From the NCBI GenBank assembly GCA_035536275.1, contig DATLOL010000080.1, positions 1,263-65,262 of the forward strand: 64,000 bases of DNA, in the 5' to 3' direction. The notes beneath the pieces were generated by a model, which was not told where the DNA came from, ran no database searches, and worked only from the letters and a program-made list of their open reading frames with translations. Positions 39,425 to 48,043 of the stretch are shown here, piece by piece (position 1 is the first letter of the stretch; each line of letters opens with the position of its first letter). The translations under genes were made by a program, and so were the position numbers. This stretch comes from Thermoanaerobaculia bacterium. Lineage in GTDB: Bacteria > Acidobacteriota > Thermoanaerobaculia > Gp7-AA8.

Positions 39425-40936
39425 ATGCCCCCATTGGCGTTTCGCGTCGCACGCGGCGAGCGGGAGCTCGAACAACTCCACGCGCTGCATTACCGTGCCT
39501 TCGTCGAGGAGATCCCCCAGCATCCCCGCAACGACGCGCGCCGCCACGTCGACCGCTTTCATGGCGAGAACGTTTATCTCGTCGCCGTCGACGGCGAGAC
39601 GATCGTGGGAAGCGTGGCCCTGCGCACGCGCCGCCCCTTCTCGCTCGACGCCAAGCTCCCCGATCTCGACCGCTATCTGCCGCGCGATCGCCGGTTCTGC
39701 GAGGTCCGCCTGCTGAACATCCTGCCCGAGCGTCGCGGCAGCAACGTGCTCCCCGGACTCCTCACCGCGGTAACGGACTACGCCGATGCGGAGCAGATCG
39801 ACGCGGCGGTGATCTCCGCGACCACGCGGCAGCTCCGGCTGTACGGGCGTCTGGGGTTCGTGCCATTCGGCCCGCTGGTCGGAACGGCGGACGCGTCGTT
39901 CCAGCCGATGCTGCTGACGATCGAGGAGCTGCGCAGACGCGCGCAGGAGATCGTGGCGCTGCCCCCGGCCCTCCGCGGCGAGGCGGTGAACCTCACCTCC
40001 GGACCGGTGGCCATTCATCCGGACGTCCAGGCCGCGTTCCACACCGCGCCGGTCTCGCACCGTTCCGCGGTGTTCGAGAGCGAGCTGCGCACCGTCAAGT
40101 CGCGACTCTGCGCGCTGACCGCGGCCCGCAACGTGGCAGTGCTCTTCGGCACAGGCACGCTCGCGAACGACGTGGTCGCCGGACAGCTCCGCGCCCTCGG
40201 CGGACGCGGCGTCGTCTTCAGCAACGGCGAGTTCGGCGAGCGCCTCGCCGATCACGCGCGCCGCGCAGGGCTCGACTTCGAGCACCGCCGTTTTCCGTGG
40301 GGCTCGGCAATCGATCCGGGCCCGCTCGATGGCTGTTCGTGGGTGTGGCTGACCGCGTGCGAGACGTCCACCGGCGTGCTGAACTCCGTGTCCGCCCGCG
40401 GAGTGAAGATCGCGCTCGACTGTGTGAGCGCGATCGGTGCCGTCCCGCTCGATCTCTCGCACGTCTGGCTCGCCTCGGGCGCCAGCGGCAAAGCGCTGGC
40501 GTCGTATCCGGGCCTGTCGTTCGTCTTCTACGGCGACGTGCTGCCCACGGGCGGACCGCGCTATCTCGACCTCGAGCTCTACGCGGCCGACGGCGTGCCG
40601 TTCACGCATTCGTCGAATCTCGTGCGCGCGCTGCACGCTGCTCTCACGCGCGTCGACTGGCCCGCGCACTACGAGGAGCTCGCCCGCACCGGCGCCTGGC
40701 TCCGCGCACGCCTCCCGAACGTACTCCCCGGCAACGCACCGCACGTCATCACTCTCACCGTCCGCGACTCGGCGCGCGCTGCCGCGGAGCTCGAACGCGC
40801 CGGCTTCCTCGTGTCCTGGGCCAGCGGCTACCTCCGCGAGCGCAACTGGATCCAGGTCTGCCTCATGGGCGAAGTGCCGCGCGAGGCGCTTCCCGCGCTG
40901 GTGCGGATTTCGCGAGCTCCGTCGCCCGTTGCGTGA
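39425..40936 (+). CDS. fusion protein: N-terminal GNAT acetyltransferase domain plus C-terminal class V (PLP-dependent) aminotransferase
   Basis: Residues 1-170 GNAT-like (..VYLVAVDGETIVGSVAL...RRGSNVLPGLL...); residues 180-519 AGXT/PSAT-like aminotransferase V fold (GPV.IHP.V..A......HRS..F......V...L......N..V.....GT.A.D.V). Start at M17 of the track ORF to avoid overlapping the divergent lipoprotein gene; GTG 39377 is an alternative. Confidence 0.6.
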   Translation: MPPLAFRVARGERELEQLHALHYRAFVEEIPQHPRNDARRHVDRFHGENVYLVAVDGETIVGSVALRTRRPFSLDAKLPDLDRYLPRDRRFCEVRLLNILPERRGSNVLPGLLTAVTDYADAEQIDAAVISATTRQLRLYGRLGFVPFGPLVGTADASFQPMLLTIEELRRRAQEIVALPPALRGEAVNLTSGPVAIHPDVQAAFHTAPVSHRSAVFESELRTVKSRLCALTAARNVAVLFGTGTLANDVVAGQLRALGGRGVVFSNGEFGERLADHARRAGLDFEHRRFPWGSAIDPGPLDGCSWVWLTACETSTGVLNSVSARGVKIALDCVSAIGAVPLDLSHVWLASGASGKALASYPGLSFVFYGDVLPTGGPRYLDLELYAADGVPFTHSSNLVRALHAALTRVDWPAHYEELARTGAWLRARLPNVLPGNAPHVITLTVRDSARAAAELERAGFLVSWASGYLRERNWIQVCLMGEVPREALPALVRISRAPSPVA

Positions 40937-40939
40937 GGC

Positions 40940-41779
40940 GTGGCCGATCCCGCGCTGCGGTTGCCGGATAACGTCGAGGGCGACTTCTTCGTCGACTCGA
41001 CCTGCATTGACTGCGACGCCTGCCGCATCTTCGCGCCCACCGTCTTCAGCGACGCCGGCGATCAGTCGTTCGTCTTTCATCAGCCCGCGAGCGACGCGGA
41101 GCTGCTCGCCGCGCAGAAGGCGCTCGTCAGTTGTCCAACCGCATCGATCGGCGCGCGCAGCGGCGCGCGTCCGGCCATCGACGCGCTGCCGGAGCCTATC
41201 TACGACGATGTGTATCGCTGCGGGTATGCGTCCGAGGACTCGTTCGGGGCGATCAGCTACTTCCTGGGTGGACCGGAGATCCTCGTCGACTCGCCCCGCT
41301 TCGCCGGGCCGCTCGTGAAGCGATTGAGCAACGTGCGGCGCATGCTGCTGACGCACCAGGACGACATCGCCGATCACGAGAAGTTCGCGGCGCGGTTCGG
41401 CTGCGAGCGCGTACTCCACGCCGATGACCGCGGCCGCAACATCGAAGTCCGTCCATCCGGCCGCGCCCCGATCGACCTCGGCGACGGCGTTCTGATGATC
41501 CCCACGCCCGGCCACACCCGGGGCCACGCCGTGTTTCTCTATCGCGAGAAGTTCCTCTTCACCGGCGATCACCTCGCCTGGAGTCCTGCGCGCGGGCACC
41601 TGTACGCGTTCCGCAACGCCTGCTGGTATTCGTGGAGCGAACAGATCCGCTCGATGGAACGTCTGCTCGACCATTCGTTCGAATGGGTCCTGCCCGGCCA
41701 CGGCCGCCCCATCCGCCTCCCGCGCGACGAAATGCGTGCGTCGCTGCGCAAGTGCATCGCCTGGATGAAATCCCTATAG
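40940..41779 (+). CDS. fusion protein: N-terminal ferredoxin-like iron-sulfur domain (CIDCDAC...C) plus metallo-beta-lactamase-fold domain
   Basis: FVDSTCIDCDACRIFAP...SCP cluster-binding Cys pattern, then MBL motifs LLTHQDDIADH...PGHTRGH...GD. Confidence 0.65.
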   Translation: MADPALRLPDNVEGDFFVDSTCIDCDACRIFAPTVFSDAGDQSFVFHQPASDAELLAAQKALVSCPTASIGARSGARPAIDALPEPIYDDVYRCGYASEDSFGAISYFLGGPEILVDSPRFAGPLVKRLSNVRRMLLTHQDDIADHEKFAARFGCERVLHADDRGRNIEVRPSGRAPIDLGDGVLMIPTPGHTRGHAVFLYREKFLFTGDHLAWSPARGHLYAFRNACWYSWSEQIRSMERLLDHSFEWVLPGHGRPIRLPRDEMRASLRKCIAWMKSL

Positions 41780-41817
41780 GTCCTATACGTCCTATAGGTC
41801 CCATAGGTCCTATAGGT
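41773..41817. repeat. tandem array of five 9-bp palindromic units CC(T/C)ATA(G/C)GT
   Basis: CCTATAGGT CCTATACGT CCTATAGGT CCCATAGGT CCTATAGGT; starts inside the stop codon of the upstream gene and ends 30 nt before the yihY start. Confidence 0.85.
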
Positions 41818-41847
41818 GGAACACCCATTGCTCCCAAAACGACGCAA

Positions 41848-42951
41848 ATGGCCAAATACTTAACGGTCTTCAAAGAGACCTTCAAAGAGTTCGGCGAAGA
41901 CAAAGTCCCGCGCCTCGGCGCCGCGCTCGCGTACTACACGATCTTCTCGATCGGCCCGTTGCTGTTGATCGCCGTGGCCATGGCCGGCATCTTCTTCGGG
42001 CAGGAAGCGGCGCAGGGAAAGATCTCCGCGGAGCTGGGCAAGGTGTTCGGCTCCGAGATGGCGAAGTCGCTCGAGCAGATGGTCCAGGCGGCGGCCAAGC
42101 CGAAGACCGGCACGATCGCCACGATCGTCGGCGTCATCACGCTGATGCTCGGTGCGTCCGGCGTGTTCGGGCAGCTCAAGGACGCGCTGAACTCGATCTG
42201 GAACGTAGAGACGAAGAAGGGCGGCGGGATCAAAGGCTTCGTCAAGGGGCGCTTCCTGTCGATGGCCATGGTTCTCGGCATCGGCTTCCTGCTGCTGATC
42301 ACGCTCGTCCTCGATACGGCCATCGCGGCGATGGGGTCGTATGCGTCGAAGTTCGTCGGCGGTGAGGCGGTCGCGCACCTGCTCGCGCTGGCGCTGTCGT
42401 TCGTCGTAGCGGTGGTGTTGTTCGCCGCGATCTTCCGCATTCTTCCCGATCTCAAGATCGCCTGGCGCGACGTCTGGTTCGGCGCCGCCTTCACCGCGCT
42501 CCTGTTCGTCCTCGGCAAGTGGGGACTCAGCGTCTACCTCGGCAAAGCCGCACCCGGCTCCGCGTACGGCGCGGCGGGCTCGCTGGTCATCCTCTTGATC
42601 TGGGTCTACTGGTCCGCGCAGATCCTGTTCCTCGGCGCCGAGTTCACGCAGGTCTACGCGCGCACGTTCGGCTCGCTGAAAGGCGACACGTCGAAGCGCG
42701 AGGCCCGCGCGCAGGCGAAGAAACCCGAGGATCGGCCGAAGGCGCAGACGACACCGAGCAGTGAGCCGCTGGTCGTGCGGCCGACGGCGGTCATGCCCGC
42801 ATACGCGAGGAAGTCCGGTGGCGGGGGCGGCCTGGTGAAAGTCGCGGCCGGCGGTACGGCCGGGCTGATCGTGGGCACGCTCCTCGGCGGGATCACCGCC
42901 GCGGTGATGTTGCTCAAGACCGCGAAGAAGCTGATCATGCCGTTCAAGTGA
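41848..42951 (+). CDS. YihY/BrkB (virulence factor BrkB / ribonuclease BN-like) family membrane protein, paralog 1
   Basis: LAYYTIFSIGPLLLI...ASGVFGQL..ALN.IW pfam03631-type signature, six TM helices; start at MAKYLTV (M73 of the track ORF, whose 5' part is read through the 9-bp repeats). Confidence 0.8.
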   Translation: MAKYLTVFKETFKEFGEDKVPRLGAALAYYTIFSIGPLLLIAVAMAGIFFGQEAAQGKISAELGKVFGSEMAKSLEQMVQAAAKPKTGTIATIVGVITLMLGASGVFGQLKDALNSIWNVETKKGGGIKGFVKGRFLSMAMVLGIGFLLLITLVLDTAIAAMGSYASKFVGGEAVAHLLALALSFVVAVVLFAAIFRILPDLKIAWRDVWFGAAFTALLFVLGKWGLSVYLGKAAPGSAYGAAGSLVILLIWVYWSAQILFLGAEFTQVYARTFGSLKGDTSKREARAQAKKPEDRPKAQTTPSSEPLVVRPTAVMPAYARKSGGGGGLVKVAAGGTAGLIVGTLLGGITAAVMLLKTAKKLIMPFK

Positions 42952-43619
42952 AGCGCACGCACATCGTCATCGCCGCGCTCCTTGTGATCGCGTTCGTGGT
43001 GGCGGTGCGTGTGCTGCCGGTCGCGGAGTGGATCACACAGTTCCAGGCCTGGGCTCGTGCCGCGGGACCGGTCGGGTACGTCGCTTACGTGGTCGTATAC
43101 GTCCTCTGCTGCGTGCTGATCATCCCCGCCGTCGCGCTGTCGCTGGGTGCCGGCGCGATCTTCGGGTTCGCGATCGGATCGGTCGTCGTGCTGATCGGTG
43201 CGACGCTTGGCGCAACCGCGGCGTTCCTCCTCGCCCGCACGGTTCTCCGCACGCGAGTCGAGCGCATGACCGCGAACAACGCGAAGTTCCGCGCGCTCGA
43301 TCGCGCGATCACCACCGAGGGCACGAAGATCCTCTGGCTGGTGCGGCTGTCTGGCTTTCCGCCGTTCACCTGGGTGAACTACGCGTTCGGCCTCACAGGC
43401 GTGCGCCTCGGGCCGTACGTGCTGATCACGTTCCTGGGGATCATCCCCGGAACGCTCGCCTTCACCTACGCCGGCGCGGCCGGCGCTGCGGCCCTCACCG
43501 GCAGCGGCAACCGCATCGCGCTGATCGTGACGGCGGTCGGGGCGGTGGTGGTGGCTGTGTTCGTGGGGAGAATTGCGTTGAAGGCGATCCGAAGAGCGGG
43601 AGTCGACGTGTCATCCTGA
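42948..43619 (+). CDS. DedA/TVP38 family membrane protein
   Basis: Conserved G(F/Y)xxxRxxxxPxxR-type core ..GATLGATAAFLLAR.., LVRLSGFPPFTWVNYAFGLTGV; GTG start overlaps the upstream stop; last four codons and the stop lie inside a family-B repeat. Confidence 0.75.
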   Translation: MKRTHIVIAALLVIAFVVAVRVLPVAEWITQFQAWARAAGPVGYVAYVVVYVLCCVLIIPAVALSLGAGAIFGFAIGSVVVLIGATLGATAAFLLARTVLRTRVERMTANNAKFRALDRAITTEGTKILWLVRLSGFPPFTWVNYAFGLTGVRLGPYVLITFLGIIPGTLAFTYAGAAGAAALTGSGNRIALIVTAVGAVVVAVFVGRIALKAIRRAGVDVSS

Positions 43620-43801
43620 GCCGCCGAAGCGCAGCGGAGGACGGTCGAAGGATCCCCTGCTTCGTTACCATGGAGGGGATCCCGCGCTGAAGCGCGGGAT
43701 GACACGTACGCCCCGCGTGTCATCCCGTGTCGCGAAGACGGCACGGGATCCCCCTCCTGGTAACGAAGCGGGGGATCCCTCGACTTCGCTCGGGATGACA
43801 C
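43608..43801. repeat. two tandem family-B nested palindromic repeats (43608..43705 and 43717..43801)
   Basis: Each is GTGTCATCC(C/T)G....GGATCCCC / ....GGGATCCC TCGACTTCGCTCGGGATGACAC with an internal second hairpin; separated by 11 nt; fills the DedA to tal intergenic region. Confidence 0.85.
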
Positions 43802-43844
43802 GGGTCGAATATGCTTACCCTCCGCAAAATCACAGGAGGCGCGC

Positions 43845-46601
43845 ATGACCAATCCCCTCGGGCAACTTCCCAAAGCCGGACAGAGTGTCTGGTTCGATCA
43901 GATGGAGCGCCGGCTCGTGACCAGCGGGAAGCTGCAGCAGATGATCGACGAGGACGATCTCCGCGGCCTCACCTCGAACCCCACCATCTTCGAGAAGGCC
44001 ATCGGCGGGAGCGAGGACTACGACGGGCAACTGCGCACGCTCGCCTCGCAGGGAAAATCGCGCGACGAGATCTACGACGAGCTGGTCGTCGAGGACATCG
44101 GCAACGCCGCGGACGTCTTCCTCCCCGTCTACCAGAAGACGAACGGCGAGGATGGCTACGTCAGTCTCGAAGTGTCGCCGCTGCTCGCCAGCGACACCGC
44201 GAACACGGTCTCCGAGGCCAAGAGGCTGTTCGCGAAAGTGGGGCGGCCGAACGTCATGATCAAGATCCCGGCGACGCCGGAAGGCATCCCCGCGATCCGG
44301 AGCACCATCGCCAAAGGCATCAACGTCAACGTCACGCTCATCTTCTCGAACGAGGTCTACGCGCAGGTCATCGAGGCGTATCTGCGCGGTCTCGAAGAGC
44401 GCGCCGCGAACGGCCTCCCCATCGGGGACATCTCCTCGGTGGCGAGCTTCTTCGTCAGCCGCATCGACGCGCAGGCCGACAAGCAACTGGAGGCGAAAGG
44501 CGAGACGGAGCTCATGGGCAAGGTCGCCATCGCCAACGCGAAGATGGCCTACCAGCTCTTCAAGCAGGTCTTCACCAGCGAACGCTTCATGAAGCTGCGG
44601 GACAAGGGCGCGCGCGTGCAGCGTCCGCTGTGGGCCTCGACGGGGACGAAGAATCCGAAGTATCCCGACACGCTCTACGTCGACTCGCTGATCGGACCGG
44701 ACACGGTCAACACCATCCCGCCCGCGACCTACGACGCGTTTCGCGATCACGGCGGGGTCGAGCTCACCCTCGAGAAGGACGTCGATGAAGCGCGTCGCGT
44801 CCTCGAGCAGTTCGAGACCAAGGGCTTCTCGCTCCCGGCCATCACGGAGAAGCTCACGGCCGAGGGGGTGAAGTCGTTCAACGACTCGTTCGCGCAACTG
44901 ATGGACACGATCGAGGCGCGGCGCGACTCCGTCGTGCGCGGCCTGCCCGACCGCGTGACCGTGCACGGTGCGAACGTCGACGACGCCATCGCCCGCGCCG
45001 AAAAAGAAAAAGTCGTGAGCCGCATCTGGGCCAAGGAAAGCGCGCTCTGGAAGTCCGACGCCGAGCACGCGAAGATCATCGACAACGCGCTGGGCTGGCT
45101 GTTCATCCCGCGTATGATCTCCGGCCAGCCGGCGAAGGAGCTGATGGAGCGGGCGGATGCGCTTCGCCGCGACTTCGACAAGGTCGTCGTCCTGGGCATG
45201 GGCGGCTCGAGCCTCTGCTCCGAGGTCGTACGCCGGCTGTTCGGAAAACGGGAGGGCTATCGGGAGCTGCTCGTCCTCGACTCCACCGTTCCCGAAGCAG
45301 TGAGCCTGCTGGAGGCGAAGCTCGACCTCGCGCGGACGCTGTTCATCGTCGCGTCGAAGTCCGGCGGCACCACCGAGCCGATGATGTTCCATCGCTACTT
45401 CTACGATCGCGTGAAATCGATCAAGGGAGAGAAGGCGGGCGAGAACTTCGTCGCCGTCACCGATCCGGACACGCAGCTCGGGGCGGACGCGCAGCGCGAC
45501 CGGTTTCGCGAGATCTTCATCAATCCGCCCGACATCGGCGGCCGCTACTCGGCGCTCTCGTTCTTCGGCATTCTCCCGATGGCGCTGGCCGGCGTCGACG
45601 TCGCGGAGCTGCTCGACCGCGCCGTGCACGCGATGCACGTCTCCGCGATTCCCCAGGTGCGGAAGAACCCTGCCGCGCTCCTCGGCGCCGTCATCGGCGG
45701 TTGCGCGCTGCAGGGCCGCGACAAGCTCACGCTCATCACGCCCCGGCCGCTCGACACGCTCGGTCTCTGGATCGAGCAACTGATCGCGGAGAGCACGGGC
45801 AAGGAAGGCAAAGGTATCGCGCCGATCGCCGGCGAGCCCGCGCTCGCGGCGAACGAGTACGGGAACGACCGCCTCTTCGTGGCCGTGCGGATGCGTGGCA
45901 GCGACGAGACCGCCCGCCTGCGCGAGCTCACCGCGGCCGGACATCCCGTCGTCGACATCGTGCTCGAAGACCCGCTCGACCTCGGCGAGATCTTCTTCCT
46001 TTGGGAGTTTGCCACCGCCGTCGCGGGGTATCTCATCGGCGTGAACCCGTTCGACCAGCCGAACGTCCAGGAGTCGAAGGACAACACCAAGTCGCTGCTC
46101 GCGGAGTTCACGGAGAAGGGGACCATGACCGGTGCGGGCGGGCCTCCGGGCAAGCGCGTGCCGGTGAGCGACGCGGACGCGATCGCGAGTCTGCTCGCGA
46201 GCGTGAAGCCGGGCGACTACGTCGCGATGACGCAGTACTTCGCTGAGACCATCTCCCGCGAGGAGAAGCTCGCCACGATCCGCGAGACCATCGCCCGCGA
46301 GCTGCGCGTCGCGACGACCAGCGGCTACGGTCCGCGCTTCCTCCACTCCACCGGCCAGCTTCACAAGGGCGGCGGCGGCAACGGCGTGTTCCTGCAGCTC
46401 TCCGGCGGCAAGGGCGATGATGTGGCCATTCCGAACGAGAAGTTCGGCTTCGGCGCGCTGGTCCGCGCGCAGGCGATCGGCGATTTCCAGTCCTTGGTGA
46501 AACGCGATCGCCGCGCCCTCAGCATCGACCTCGGCAACGACGTCGACGCCGGGCTCGAACAGCTCGCGCAGGCCGTGAAGAACGCGGTGGTGAAGGCATG
46601 A
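43845..46601 (+). CDS. bifunctional transaldolase / glucose-6-phosphate isomerase fusion
   Basis: N-terminal about 370 aa transaldolase (TSNPTI, ASFFVSRID with Schiff-base Lys region IKIPAT); C-terminal about 540 aa PGI (GMGGSSL, SKSGGTTE, GGRYS); 918 aa. Confidence 0.9.
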   Translation: MTNPLGQLPKAGQSVWFDQMERRLVTSGKLQQMIDEDDLRGLTSNPTIFEKAIGGSEDYDGQLRTLASQGKSRDEIYDELVVEDIGNAADVFLPVYQKTNGEDGYVSLEVSPLLASDTANTVSEAKRLFAKVGRPNVMIKIPATPEGIPAIRSTIAKGINVNVTLIFSNEVYAQVIEAYLRGLEERAANGLPIGDISSVASFFVSRIDAQADKQLEAKGETELMGKVAIANAKMAYQLFKQVFTSERFMKLRDKGARVQRPLWASTGTKNPKYPDTLYVDSLIGPDTVNTIPPATYDAFRDHGGVELTLEKDVDEARRVLEQFETKGFSLPAITEKLTAEGVKSFNDSFAQLMDTIEARRDSVVRGLPDRVTVHGANVDDAIARAEKEKVVSRIWAKESALWKSDAEHAKIIDNALGWLFIPRMISGQPAKELMERADALRRDFDKVVVLGMGGSSLCSEVVRRLFGKREGYRELLVLDSTVPEAVSLLEAKLDLARTLFIVASKSGGTTEPMMFHRYFYDRVKSIKGEKAGENFVAVTDPDTQLGADAQRDRFREIFINPPDIGGRYSALSFFGILPMALAGVDVAELLDRAVHAMHVSAIPQVRKNPAALLGAVIGGCALQGRDKLTLITPRPLDTLGLWIEQLIAESTGKEGKGIAPIAGEPALAANEYGNDRLFVAVRMRGSDETARLRELTAAGHPVVDIVLEDPLDLGEIFFLWEFATAVAGYLIGVNPFDQPNVQESKDNTKSLLAEFTEKGTMTGAGGPPGKRVPVSDADAIASLLASVKPGDYVAMTQYFAETISREEKLATIRETIARELRVATTSGYGPRFLHSTGQLHKGGGGNGVFLQLSGGKGDDVAIPNEKFGFGALVRAQAIGDFQSLVKRDRRALSIDLGNDVDAGLEQLAQAVKNAVVKA

Positions 46602-48043
46602 GCTCGCAGTTCGGGATGATCGGTTTGGGTGTCATGGGCGCCAACCTCGCGCTCAACGTCGCGGACCACGGCTTCACCGTGGCCGTGTGGAATCGCGAGT
46701 GGGAGAAGGCGCAGAAGTTCTGCGCCGACAATCCGAACAAGCAGCTCACCGCCAAACGCTCGCTCGAAGATTTCGTGCAGGAGCTGGAGCGCCCGCGCCG
46801 GATCATGCTGATGATCAAGGCCGGCGCGCCGGTCGACGAGATGATCGACAAGCTGATGCCGCTGCTCGCGCCCGGCGACGTCGTCATCGACGGCGGCAAC
46901 TCCTGGTTCAAGGACACGCAGCTCCGGGCAAAGAAACTGATCGATCGCGACCTGCACTTCGTCGGCGCGGGCGTGTCGGGCGGCGAAGACGGCGCACGCT
47001 TCGGCCCGTCGCTGATGCCCGGCGGCACGCGCGACTCCTGGGCCACGATGCAGGAGATCTTCAACGCCATCGCCGCGAAGAGCGACTCCGGCCCGTGCGT
47101 GACCTACTGCGGTCCCGACGGCGCCGGCCACTTCGTGAAGATGGTCCACAACGGGATCGAGTACGGCGACATGCAGCTCATCGCCGAAGCGTACGACCTG
47201 CTCCGGCGCGGGCTGGGAATCGATCCGAACGGGCTCGCGGACATCTTCAACCGCTGGAACGAGGGTCCGCTGCAGTCGTTCCTGATCGAGATCACGGCCA
47301 AGATCTTCCGGGTGCGCGATCCGGAAGGAGAGGGCGCGCTGGTCGACAAGGTGCTGGACAAGGCGGGACAGAAAGGCACCGGCAAGTGGACGGCGCAGGT
47401 CGCGCTCGACCTCGGCGTGTCGATCCCGACCATCGCCGCGGCCATCGATGCGCGCGTGCTGTCGTCGATGAAGGACGAGCGCGTCGCGGCTTCGAAGGTG
47501 CTCAGTGGAGCGGCGGCCGCGGAGCCTGCCCTGAGCAGAGCCGAAGGGGCCGCCGGAGTGACCGATCGCGAGCAGTTCATCAGCGACGTGCACGATGCGC
47601 TGTACGCCGCGAAGGTCTGCTCGTACGCGCAGGGCTTCGCGCTGACTCAGGCGGGCTCGCGCGAGTGGAAGTGGGACATCAACCTGCGCGAGACGGCCCG
47701 CATCTGGAAGGCCGGCTGCATCATCCGCGCGAAGTTCCTCGACTCGATCATGCGCGCGTACGACCGCCGCGCCGACCTCCCGAACCTCCTGCTCGACGAC
47801 GCGTTCCGCGAGGATATGGTCAAAGCGCAGCCGGCGTGGCGACGGGCGACCAACTTCGCGCAGGCCAGCGGCATCGCCGTGCCGGCGTTCAGCGCGTCAC
47901 TCGCGTACTTCGACAGCTACCGCACCGCCGATCTCCCGCAGAACCTCACCCAGGCCCAGCGCGACTTCTTCGGCGCGCACACGTACCAGCGAAAGGATCG
48001 GGGAGGGGACGCGCCGTTCGTGCACACCGATTGGACGCCGTGA
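46598..48043 (+). CDS. gnd: 6-phosphogluconate dehydrogenase (decarboxylating)
   Basis: MIGLGVMGANLALN Rossmann motif, VKMVHNGIEYGDMQLIAEAY, 481 aa; start overlaps the tal-pgi stop (ATGA). Confidence 0.9.
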   Translation: MSSQFGMIGLGVMGANLALNVADHGFTVAVWNREWEKAQKFCADNPNKQLTAKRSLEDFVQELERPRRIMLMIKAGAPVDEMIDKLMPLLAPGDVVIDGGNSWFKDTQLRAKKLIDRDLHFVGAGVSGGEDGARFGPSLMPGGTRDSWATMQEIFNAIAAKSDSGPCVTYCGPDGAGHFVKMVHNGIEYGDMQLIAEAYDLLRRGLGIDPNGLADIFNRWNEGPLQSFLIEITAKIFRVRDPEGEGALVDKVLDKAGQKGTGKWTAQVALDLGVSIPTIAAAIDARVLSSMKDERVAASKVLSGAAAAEPALSRAEGAAGVTDREQFISDVHDALYAAKVCSYAQGFALTQAGSREWKWDINLRETARIWKAGCIIRAKFLDSIMRAYDRRADLPNLLLDDAFREDMVKAQPAWRRATNFAQASGIAVPAFSASLAYFDSYRTADLPQNLTQAQRDFFGAHTYQRKDRGGDAPFVHTDWTP

